Positions 54,095 through 62,770 of a stretch of DNA of 64,000 nucleotides are shown piece after piece (position 1 is the first letter of the stretch; each line of letters opens with the position of its first letter). Under the pieces are notes generated by a model, which saw nothing but the letters and a program-made list of their open reading frames with translations, was not told the origin of the DNA and searched no databases. Origin of the DNA: an uncultured Clostridia bacterium. Lineage in GTDB: Bacteria > Bacillota > Clostridia > TANB77 > CAG-508. The DNA is taken from positions 649 through 64,648 of the forward strand of contig CAUWEX010000004.1 in the NCBI GenBank assembly GCA_963557965.1, read 5' to 3'. The translations under genes were made by a program, and so were the position numbers.

Positions 54095-56185
54095 TTGGAC
54101 AATACATTTATATACTATATAATGGGTGGGGCAGCAGGAGCCTTTGTAATTATCATACTTTTATATTACGTACTATCTAAAAAGATGCAAACTTCTGAAT
54201 ATAAAAAGATTCAAAGATTACAACAAGGAACAAAAGAAAAGAAATTTTCAACAGAAGTATTATTTCAAAAATTATACTTAACTTATATAAAAATACCTTT
54301 TATAAAAAGATATGCTTTAAAGATTAGAAGAAGGCTAGAAATTATCAATATAGATGATGAATACAACACAAGAAAAGGAACAGCAAAAATATTGACAAAA
54401 TCACTTTTAATAGTAATCCCAATAATGGTAATTACTATTATGATTACAATGCAAAACTTTTTGCTAATGAGCATATTACTATTGTTTGAATTATTTATGA
54501 TTGATACTTTTATAGATGGTTCAGTTGATAAAATAGATAATAATATATTAAAAGAACAAATAGACTTCTTTTCTGAAATAAGACATGCATATCATGAATA
54601 TAACATGGTTGAAGAAGCGATATATCAAGTATCGCAAGATGATGAAAAAGATATTTCACGTCAAGGTGAAAAAATATATGAAATCTTAATATCTGATGAC
54701 CCTGAAACAGAATTAGAAAAATATTATGATATAGCACCTAATAATTTCTTAAAAGAATTTGCAGGGGTATCATATTTAACAAAAGAGTTTGGTGATAGAA
54801 AAGTTGATGGAGCATCATTATATTTAAAAAATGTAAACAACATTACACAGGAAATGCAGCTAGAAATATTAAAAAGGGACAAATTAAACTATGTATTTCA
54901 AAGTTTATCAGTAATATCAATTGCGCCGGTATTATTGTTAGAACCCCTAAAAAACTGGGCAATATCAAACTTTTCATTTACAGCGAGCTGGTATAATGGA
55001 AAAGCTGGTATGATAGTACAAATTTTAATATTATTAATTACATTTGTATCTTATATTTTAGTAAGAAAACTAAAAGATAATGGTTCAACTGCTATGAATA
55101 CTAAAAATACAGAGAACCCATGGCAAGCAAGAATATATAGAAAAAAACCGATAAAGAAAATAGTTGACTTATTTATTCCTAAAAAAGGAACAAAAGAATA
55201 TAGAAAAGTACAACAAATGTTGAAAGATGCCGCATCACCACAAAAAATGGAGTGGCTATACATAAATAGAATATGTATTGCAATAGTTACATTTTTTGCT
55301 TCGGTTATTCTATTTACACAGTTACATCAAGTTGCGATAAACTATATTTATACTGAGCCGACCACAGAATATGACATAATGGGAGGCTTGTCGGATAAAG
55401 ACGAACAGAAAGCTTTAGAATTAACAAAACAAGATAATATTATACTTGATAAATTTAGAGGAAAAACTAAAACGACACAGCAGCAAATAGAAAAAGCAGT
55501 TGCAAAAGAAAAATTTTACGAAGAAGCAAGCGATGAAGAAATAGTTGCAGCAGCAGAAAGAATTTATGGGAAATTACAAGTTATAAATACAGAATATATG
55601 AAATGGTTTGAATTACTACTGGCATTTGTTTTCTCAATACTTGGCTATATGGCACCACTTGGAATTTTATTCTTCCAAGTTAAAATGAGACAATTGGAAA
55701 TGGAAGATGAAGTAATGCAATTCCAAACAATAATCTTAATGCTTATGCGAATTGAGAGAGTAAATGTTGAAATCATATTAGAATGGTTAGAAAGATATTC
55801 CGATATATTTAAACCATCAATCACAAAATGTGTTAATAACTATGAAGCTGGAGCTTGGGAAGCTCTAGAAGCTATGAAAGACGAAATAACGTATTTACCA
55901 TTGATTAGAATTGTAGAAAGCTTACAAGCAGCAGTAGAAAAAATACCAATAAAAGATGCGTTTGATGAATTAGATTCAGAAAGAGATTATTACCAAGAAA
56001 AGAGAAAAGAATCAAATGACAGACTTATAAAAAGAAAAGGAATGATAGGAAAAGCTATAGGTTTTGCACCAATGGTTACATTGTTTGTAGGATATTTAAT
56101 TATTCCATTGGTATTTATAGGACTAACAAGTATGTCAACATCATTTACAAAAATGACTGCAACAGGTGGCGCTGGAATTAAATAA
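54095..56185 (+). CDS. Tad-like locus: large polytopic platform protein, TadB/TadC (T2SS-F)-like
   Basis: 696 aa with several TM segments. C-terminal region IILEWLERYSDIFKPSITKCVNNYEAGAWEALEAMKDEI...LIRIVESLQAA...ESNDRLIKRKGMIGKAIGFAPMVTLFVGYLIIPL has the T2SS-F layout. Confidence 0.6.
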   Translation: MDNTFIYYIMGGAAGAFVIIILLYYVLSKKMQTSEYKKIQRLQQGTKEKKFSTEVLFQKLYLTYIKIPFIKRYALKIRRRLEIINIDDEYNTRKGTAKILTKSLLIVIPIMVITIMITMQNFLLMSILLLFELFMIDTFIDGSVDKIDNNILKEQIDFFSEIRHAYHEYNMVEEAIYQVSQDDEKDISRQGEKIYEILISDDPETELEKYYDIAPNNFLKEFAGVSYLTKEFGDRKVDGASLYLKNVNNITQEMQLEILKRDKLNYVFQSLSVISIAPVLLLEPLKNWAISNFSFTASWYNGKAGMIVQILILLITFVSYILVRKLKDNGSTAMNTKNTENPWQARIYRKKPIKKIVDLFIPKKGTKEYRKVQQMLKDAASPQKMEWLYINRICIAIVTFFASVILFTQLHQVAINYIYTEPTTEYDIMGGLSDKDEQKALELTKQDNIILDKFRGKTKTTQQQIEKAVAKEKFYEEASDEEIVAAAERIYGKLQVINTEYMKWFELLLAFVFSILGYMAPLGILFFQVKMRQLEMEDEVMQFQTIILMLMRIERVNVEIILEWLERYSDIFKPSITKCVNNYEAGAWEALEAMKDEITYLPLIRIVESLQAAVEKIPIKDAFDELDSERDYYQEKRKESNDRLIKRKGMIGKAIGFAPMVTLFVGYLIIPLVFIGLTSMSTSFTKMTATGGAGIK

Positions 56186-56203
56186 ATTTAAGGAGGATAA
56201 CAC

Positions 56204-56950
56204 ATGGAAAATGCATCAAAGGCTTTGATTATAGCTGGAAGTGTATTAATAGCGTTAATGATAATAGGTGCATTAGTATTGATGTTTAGCAATTTAACAA
56301 ATTACCAGAACACTAATATAGATACAACTAGAACAGCTCAAATTGCACAATTTAATAGCAAATATGAAACTTATAATAGACAAGATGTGCGAGGAAGTGA
56401 GTTATACTCCTTATTAAATAAAGTTATAGATTACAATAGGAGAGAGTCTGTAGAAGGAACGGGATGGTCTGATAAAGGTCAAACCGTTTCGTATGAACAA
56501 ATGAAAATAATATTTAATATAGATAGAACTAAATTAAGTGCAGATGGAAAGAATAGATTATTTAAAAGTAGTAGTTATACAATAGAGAGAAACACAAATG
56601 CATTTGAAGTTGAAATTAAGGAAACAGTTGACGGCTTAGAAAAAAAATATGGCCAAAATTCTTTAACAAACTTAACAACTGGACTGACTTCAATATTTAT
56701 AGATGATACGAAAGATAAAGATGAACAACAAATGGCTTTAAACAAATTTAAATCTGCTATAAAGTCAAATAGAATAAATGCAACTTGGGACGACATAAAG
56801 CCAGGTGGAAAAATTAGAGAAGATGTATATAAATATTATGAGTATATTCAATTTAAAAGGGCATATTTTAAATGTACAGGTACAGAATATAATCAAAATA
56901 CAGGAAGAATTATAAAACTAAACTTTGAATTTACTGGAAAATTTAATTAA
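56204..56950 (+). CDS. Tad-like locus: pilin-like paralogue 1 (MENASKAL N-terminus, 248 aa)
   Basis: MENASKALIIAGSVLIALMIIGALVLMF followed by the shared FNSKYETYNRQDVRGSELYSLLNKVIDYN motif. Strong RBS AAGGAGG. Confidence 0.6.
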   Translation: MENASKALIIAGSVLIALMIIGALVLMFSNLTNYQNTNIDTTRTAQIAQFNSKYETYNRQDVRGSELYSLLNKVIDYNRRESVEGTGWSDKGQTVSYEQMKIIFNIDRTKLSADGKNRLFKSSSYTIERNTNAFEVEIKETVDGLEKKYGQNSLTNLTTGLTSIFIDDTKDKDEQQMALNKFKSAIKSNRINATWDDIKPGGKIREDVYKYYEYIQFKRAYFKCTGTEYNQNTGRIIKLNFEFTGKFN

Positions 56951-56964
56951 TAGGAGTATAAAAT

Positions 56965-57414
56965 ATGGAAAATGCATCAAAAGCATTGCTTATGGCTGCT
57001 GGGGTGCTAATAGGGATATTAATATTATCATTAGCAGTATTCTTATTTACAAACTTTGGCTCAGCATCAGCTGAAATTAACAAACAAAATGAAATAAAAA
57101 GAATAAATGAATTTAATGTACAATTTACTGTATATGAAGGAAAAGAATGTACAATACATGATATAGTTTCGGTTGCAAATTTAGCTATGAATAATAATTC
57201 TAATTATTCTTTAACTGCACAAGCAGACAACAATTATTATATTTCTGTTAATATAAAATCAGGACAAGCTGATTTACAAGAAATTTTAAAAGAAAATGAT
57301 AAAGTAAATGAGTTAATAATAGATGAAACTAATAAAAAATATAGATGTAATGTCGAGATAAGTGAGAATACTAAAAGAGTAAAAACAGTAAATTTTATAG
57401 AAATTAAACAATAG
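56965..57414 (+). CDS. Tad-like locus: pilin-like paralogue 2 (149 aa)
   Basis: MENASKALLMAAGVLIGILILSLAVFLF followed by FNVQFTVYEGKECTIHDIVSVANLAMNNN. Confidence 0.6.
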   Translation: MENASKALLMAAGVLIGILILSLAVFLFTNFGSASAEINKQNEIKRINEFNVQFTVYEGKECTIHDIVSVANLAMNNNSNYSLTAQADNNYYISVNIKSGQADLQEILKENDKVNELIIDETNKKYRCNVEISENTKRVKTVNFIEIKQ

Positions 57415-57423
57415 AGGATTTAT

Positions 57424-57855
57424 ATGAAAAAAATAGCAATATTTTTCTTATGTGTAATTATTATTATAGTAGGGATGTCGTATATGTACTTAAACTACAA
57501 AGCTAATTATCACGAAGCTAAAAGAGAAAATGAACAATTTTCAAGCTACTACAATAAAGAGTTTAAAGGAACAGTAGTTGCAACTTTAATAAATAAAGCA
57601 TATGACAATAATTTAACACAGAATGTATCAAAAAACACAAAAGGAAAATTTATAGAAAATGACAATAACTCAATAAAAATAGAAGTGAAAATGTTAGATA
57701 TAGATAAAACATATGATATGGAAACTTTATATTCAGGAGGAATTGATAATTTTGTAAAATATTATGGACAAATAACTTTTAAATGTACAAAAATAGAATA
57801 TCATCAAAAAACTGGAAAAGTTAAATATATGTTAATCGAACAAATTACGCAATAA
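57424..57855 (+). CDS. Tad-like locus: related small membrane-anchored protein with a different N-terminus (143 aa)
   Basis: MKKIAIFFLCVIIIIVG anchor, but the same downstream motif FSSYYNKEFKGTVVATLINKAYDNN. Confidence 0.5.
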   Translation: MKKIAIFFLCVIIIIVGMSYMYLNYKANYHEAKRENEQFSSYYNKEFKGTVVATLINKAYDNNLTQNVSKNTKGKFIENDNNSIKIEVKMLDIDKTYDMETLYSGGIDNFVKYYGQITFKCTKIEYHQKTGKVKYMLIEQITQ

Positions 57856-57938
57856 ATTTTAAATAGTTATTAACATTACCAATTGAAAAATATTGGTGGG
57901 AAAATATAAACAAAAGTAAAAAAAGGGAGGAATTTATT

Positions 57939-58367
57939 ATGGAGAATGCATCAAAAGCATTAATTATCGCAGGTGCAATATTACTTGCAATTTTAATTAT
58001 TTCATTAGGAATAATGATTTACCAACAAGCAGCAGGAGTTGTAAACAGCAATGCTATGAGTGGTGTGGAGATACAACAATTTAACAGTCAATTCACACAA
58101 TATGAAGGAACTAATGTAAGAGGTGCTCAAGTTAATGCACTATTACAATTAATTCAACAAAATAATGTGCAATATCAGGATGATACAACAAAGCAAATTA
58201 CTGTAAAGGTTAATGCTACACAATGGCAAACAGGTAACAAACCAAGTGGAACAATAACACAAAGTGGATATGCCAAGGCAAATACAGGAGCTACATATAA
58301 TGTAACTTCAAAGACAAATGAAAAAACAGGATTAATTAATGAAATAACAATTACAAATGCAAAATAG
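57939..58367 (+). CDS. Tad-like locus: pilin-like paralogue 3, candidate major subunit (142 aa)
   Basis: MENASKALIIAGAILLAILIISLGIMIY followed by FNSQFTQYEGTNVRGAQVNALLQLIQQNN. It is the only member preceded by an 83-bp spacer. Strong RBS GGGAGG. Confidence 0.6.
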   Translation: MENASKALIIAGAILLAILIISLGIMIYQQAAGVVNSNAMSGVEIQQFNSQFTQYEGTNVRGAQVNALLQLIQQNNVQYQDDTTKQITVKVNATQWQTGNKPSGTITQSGYAKANTGATYNVTSKTNEKTGLINEITITNAK

Positions 58368-58387
58368 TCTAGTAAGGAGGGGATATT

Positions 58388-59032
58388 ATGGAAAATGCAG
58401 CAGAAGCATTAAAAATGGCAGCAGCCGTATTAATATTTGTGTTAGCACTATCTATAACTATCAACTCCTTTACTGAAACCAGAATTGCAGCAACAACAAT
58501 TTTAGAATACAAGGATAGAGAGTATAATTTTGATTATGTAGAAGATAATGGTACTACAGCAAGGATAGTAGGATTAGAAAGTATAGTTCCAACAATTTAT
58601 AAAGCATATAAAGAAAACTATAAAATTGTATTTGATAGCAGTGTACTAGAAGATGGCGTTTATCAAAAAATTGATGAAACAGGAAAACCGCAACCTATAA
58701 ATTACATAGATTTACAAAAAGAAGTATTAGGCAGCGATACACAAAAAGAACAATTTATTAAGGCATTATTATATGGAAAGAAATACAAATCATCTAAAGA
58801 TGACCCTTCAAATTTTAAGATAGTGAAAGATACATTTGAAAAAAATTTTAAAATTATATTGAACGAAATAGGATTATATGATAGAATAAGAAATATAAAG
58901 CTCAAAGAAAGTATAGGTATATACTACCTAGAAGAAGTAAACGATACTCAAGAAAATGATACAAACTCAAATGTACCAGATGCCAATAAAACAGAAAAAA
59001 GGGTAATAACTTATACAAAACCAAAACCATAA
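58388..59032 (+). CDS. Tad-like locus: pilin-like paralogue 4 (214 aa)
   Basis: MENAAEALKMAAAVLIFVLALSITINSF N-terminus with a divergent C-terminal domain. Confidence 0.55.
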   Translation: MENAAEALKMAAAVLIFVLALSITINSFTETRIAATTILEYKDREYNFDYVEDNGTTARIVGLESIVPTIYKAYKENYKIVFDSSVLEDGVYQKIDETGKPQPINYIDLQKEVLGSDTQKEQFIKALLYGKKYKSSKDDPSNFKIVKDTFEKNFKIILNEIGLYDRIRNIKLKESIGIYYLEEVNDTQENDTNSNVPDANKTEKRVITYTKPKP

Positions 59033-59066
59033 ATGATACTAGTTAAAGTATCTAAAGGAGGAAAAA

Positions 59067-59606
59067 ATGGGAGATACATTAATTACTGTAATAGCAATAG
59101 TACTAGCTGCTATATTAATGTTTGTGTTTCCGCTAATGACAATGTCAGATAGGACGGATGATGTATCACAATTAGCGGTAGAAACAGCAACAACAGATTT
59201 TGTGGATGATGTAAGGACAACAGGAAGATTATCAATGGACAAGTATAGTAAATTTGTTGAAACTATTTCAGCAACAGGAAATAGTTATGATGTAGAAATG
59301 GAACTCAATGTTTTAGATGAAAATCCAGGAAAGAAAACAACTCAAGCTGAAACAACTAAAATCGGAGAAAATGTATATTATACGATGTATACATCTCAAA
59401 TCTTAGATAAAATTAATCCATCTAATGGAGTAACAAAGATATTAGCGTTAAAAGAAGGGGATTTGTTTTCTGCTAGTGTAAAAAATAGCAATACAACATT
59501 ATCACAACAATTAAAGAATTTCTTTTACTCTGTAACAGGAAATGATACATATACAATTGCAGCAGAACATGGTGGAATAGTTACAGCAAATGGAAGTGGA
59601 AATTAA
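59067..59606 (+). CDS. Tad-like locus: membrane-anchored minor-pilin/TadE-like candidate (179 aa)
   Basis: MGDTLITVIAIVLAAILMFVFPLMTM hydrophobic N-terminus. No recognisable catalytic motifs. Confidence 0.4.
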   Translation: MGDTLITVIAIVLAAILMFVFPLMTMSDRTDDVSQLAVETATTDFVDDVRTTGRLSMDKYSKFVETISATGNSYDVEMELNVLDENPGKKTTQAETTKIGENVYYTMYTSQILDKINPSNGVTKILALKEGDLFSASVKNSNTTLSQQLKNFFYSVTGNDTYTIAAEHGGIVTANGSGN

Positions 59607-59673
59607 GATAGTAAAACTTATTAGCTTGTAATATGTATATTACAAGCTTTTATAATACAAAGGAAAGTGAAAT

Positions 59674-61293
59674 ATGAAAATTCAAAATTTAGCCGTAATA
59701 TTTATAATAATAATATTACCAATTTCATTAATATTAACTGCATATGTGCAAAATCAGGTAAAAACACTTGAATTACAAATGAATTATGATTTTAAATTGA
59801 CACAAGCGACCTATGATGCTGTAAAGGCTTTTCAACTAAATACAGTAAATAGTAGTACGTCTGATTTGGCCAATTCTAAATTACGAGATATTAAAGCGTC
59901 TGTAAATACATTTTTTAATTCAGTTGCAACTCAATTTAATTTATCCGGATATAATAAAGATATTTTAAAGACCTATGTGCCAGCACTTGTATATACGATG
60001 TATGATGGATATTATATTTATTCTCCATTTACAAACACTATACAAGGGGAGGATGAAGGTTCTACATATAAAAACGGAGATAAAATATCAGATTTGAAAC
60101 CATACATTCATTATAGTACGAGATATGTAAAAGGAGGAATAGATGTAGTTATAACATATTCATTAGATAACTATATAACAGTAAAAGGATTAATTAATGG
60201 CACTGCTGTCAACAAGGCAGGATATTTATTAAATAATATAGATGATAATGGCAATATAATAAAATATAGAGGAATAGAGATACCTACAGAAATACTAACA
60301 GAAACGAATGCTAAATTCAGCAACGATGACGGACTTACAGCAACAGGAGAGAATACTACATATATTTACAATAAAATAAATGGTGTTAAATATTACAAAG
60401 ATAATAATAGTGATGAATGGTTTTCAATAATAAATGGAACTAAATATAAACAAAATACCCAATATAGAAATGAAAATAATGCGGGACAATTGTATTATAG
60501 AGAAGCTAGAGAATTTACAGATTGGATAAATAAAAATCTAAGTTCATTAACATCTCAAGATGCAATTGATGAAGAAGGAAACAAATTAGCGGAAAATTCT
60601 AAATTATTTAATAATAGCGATAAGATTTTTGAACTACAAAGAGGGGATATTTCTATAGAAGACCCAAATTCGAATTTTAATCAGCATAGGTCAGCCGTAA
60701 TACGTTACTCAATAGAAAAGAATTTATCTATAGCAATAGCAAATTACAATAACTACTCTAATGTAACAACCAATTTTCAGATGCCAACTTTAACAGAAGA
60801 AGATTGGGAAAAGATTTTAAATAATGTGTCTGTAATAAGTTTTTTACAAGGCCTAAGTATTGGTGGAAAGGTTTATAATGGATATTCAATTGTTACGAAT
60901 ACGAAAACAGAAGAAGTGGTAAATACAGATTCAATATATATTATAGCAGATGGAGAATATCATAGAGCAACTGAAAATGGCTTGAAAAGTAAAAATATAG
61001 AAAAAGCGTTTATGAATGTTGATTTTGAAAGAAAATCTGTAACGAATAATGATAAAACATCTTATTTTTATCCACATTGGGAAACAGGCTGTTATAATTC
61101 AATAGTTACCCAAAATGATGTTAATGATTTAACTGATGATAAATACAAAGGAAGCATTTATAAATATATGCAAGATCAAGGAGGAAGCTTAGCTCAAGTA
61201 TATTATACAGCCTTAGGAAGAGAAAGATATACCATGTATAGAACGAATAATAATGTAGAAGAAGAAAACAAAAAATTCCAAAAAAACGAATAA
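59674..61293 (+). CDS. Tad-like locus: large membrane-anchored protein (539 aa), TadG/tip-adhesin-like candidate
   Basis: MKIQNLAVIFIIIILPISLILTAYV anchor then a large Asn/Tyr-rich extracellular domain. A palindromic hairpin (agcttgtaatat/atattacaagct, 59623-59648) precedes it. Confidence 0.4.
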   Translation: MKIQNLAVIFIIIILPISLILTAYVQNQVKTLELQMNYDFKLTQATYDAVKAFQLNTVNSSTSDLANSKLRDIKASVNTFFNSVATQFNLSGYNKDILKTYVPALVYTMYDGYYIYSPFTNTIQGEDEGSTYKNGDKISDLKPYIHYSTRYVKGGIDVVITYSLDNYITVKGLINGTAVNKAGYLLNNIDDNGNIIKYRGIEIPTEILTETNAKFSNDDGLTATGENTTYIYNKINGVKYYKDNNSDEWFSIINGTKYKQNTQYRNENNAGQLYYREAREFTDWINKNLSSLTSQDAIDEEGNKLAENSKLFNNSDKIFELQRGDISIEDPNSNFNQHRSAVIRYSIEKNLSIAIANYNNYSNVTTNFQMPTLTEEDWEKILNNVSVISFLQGLSIGGKVYNGYSIVTNTKTEEVVNTDSIYIIADGEYHRATENGLKSKNIEKAFMNVDFERKSVTNNDKTSYFYPHWETGCYNSIVTQNDVNDLTDDKYKGSIYKYMQDQGGSLAQVYYTALGRERYTMYRTNNNVEEENKKFQKNE

Positions 61294-61405
61294 AAATAAG
61301 AAATTTTTAACAAATTAAAATTTTAAAAAATATGTCATAAATTTTAAAGTATATAAATACAAAAAAAGTAAATACTAATATTAGCAAATTTAAAGGAGAC
61401 TTAGA

Positions 61406-62611
61406 ATGAAAAGAACTTTTAAAATGCTAGTATTAGTATTTTTTTTAATAATTATATATAGTTATATATTAATAATAGAAAAAATTCCTGACAAAATAAC
61501 ATTATTTGAAGGAGAAGAGATTAATTTAAAATCAATAATGGGAATCGAGATAGAAGATAATGAACCAGCAATTGAAACATCATCAAATCAAGGTGGAAGA
61601 AAAAGCGTGGAAGTTAATTTTTTTAATAATATACCGATAAAGAATATAGATGTAAATATATTACCAAAAACTAAAGTGATACCAGTAGGAAACATAGCCG
61701 GAGTTAAATTATATACCAATGGAGTACTAGTTGTTGGAATGTCAGAAATAGAAGGAAAAAACAATGAAAAATATAAACCCTATGAAAATACAGGAATAGA
61801 AGAAGGAGATACAATATTAAAAATAAATGATATTCTAATAAATTCTACGGATGAATTGGTACACAATGTTAACAAATCTAATGGAGAAGATATAAAAATA
61901 GACTATATACATGATGATGAATCAAAAGAATGTAGTATCACACCAGTAAAAACAGCGGATGATGAATATAAAATAGGGTTATGGGTACGAGATAGCGCAG
62001 CAGGAGTTGGAACGGTTACTTTTTATGAGCCATCAACAAAAACATTTGGGGCTTTAGGTCATGGAATAATAGATATAGATACAAATGAATTAATTAACAT
62101 ATCTTCAGGAGAGTTCATAACTACTAGAATTCTAAATATAGAAAAAGGAGAAAGAGGAAATCCAGGAAAAATACAAGGAACTATAGAAAATCAAAAAGGT
62201 ATAGGCGTAATTGGAAAAAATACTAAGTTTGGAATTTATGGAAAAGTAGATAATATCTCTGGACTAAATTTAGATGCTTCAAAAGAAATGGAAGTTGCAT
62301 TAAGAGATGAAATAAAAACAGGAAAAGCAACAATATTATGTAGTTTGGACAATGATAGTCCACAAGAATATGAAATAGAAATTGAAAAAATATTTAAAGA
62401 AAACAATTATGATAATAAAAGTATGCAAATTAAAGTTACAGATAATAGGCTAATAGAAAAGACAGGAGGTATAATTCAAGGCATGTCAGGTTCTCCAATT
62501 ATACAAAATGGAAAATTCGTAGGGGCAGTAACACATGTTCTTGTAAATAATCCTCAAGAAGGTTATGGGGTATTTGCCGATATTATGATAAAGAAATCTA
62601 AAGAACCATGA
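61406..62611 (+). CDS. spoIVB: SpoIVB peptidase (S55), sporulation signalling protease
   Basis: N-terminal TM, PDZ domain (GIEEGDTILKINDILI), GALGHGI and catalytic-Ser region IQGMSGSPII. Confidence 0.92.
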   Translation: MKRTFKMLVLVFFLIIIYSYILIIEKIPDKITLFEGEEINLKSIMGIEIEDNEPAIETSSNQGGRKSVEVNFFNNIPIKNIDVNILPKTKVIPVGNIAGVKLYTNGVLVVGMSEIEGKNNEKYKPYENTGIEEGDTILKINDILINSTDELVHNVNKSNGEDIKIDYIHDDESKECSITPVKTADDEYKIGLWVRDSAAGVGTVTFYEPSTKTFGALGHGIIDIDTNELINISSGEFITTRILNIEKGERGNPGKIQGTIENQKGIGVIGKNTKFGIYGKVDNISGLNLDASKEMEVALRDEIKTGKATILCSLDNDSPQEYEIEIEKIFKENNYDNKSMQIKVTDNRLIEKTGGIIQGMSGSPIIQNGKFVGAVTHVLVNNPQEGYGVFADIMIKKSKEP

Positions 62612-62770
62612 TTTTTGGGAGCAAAGGAAAAAATCATTTTATATTGATAGACTATATTAAAAGCTAGTAAATAATCTTTACTAGCTTATGATATATGAAT
62701 ATACTAAATTTTTATTTTATGCCTGATTTGAATTTAAAATGATTTTTTCCTTCGACACAAAAATCATTTT
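62609..62770. repeat. REP-like motif, inverted pair, locus C (between convergent spoIVB and murC)
   Basis: tgatttttgggagcaaaggaaaaaatcatttt (62609-62640) faces aaaatgattttttccttcgacacaaaaatcatttt (62736-62770). Each copy starts with the TGA stop codon of the adjacent gene. A central bidirectional terminator agctagtaaa/tttactagct lies between them. Confidence 0.7.

Noticed and set aside
53950-54180. 76-aa ORF rich in K/R spanning the ATPase/platform junction
   Set aside because: It is an alternative frame of the Lys/Arg-rich tail of the ATPase and the start of the platform gene, with no independent signals.
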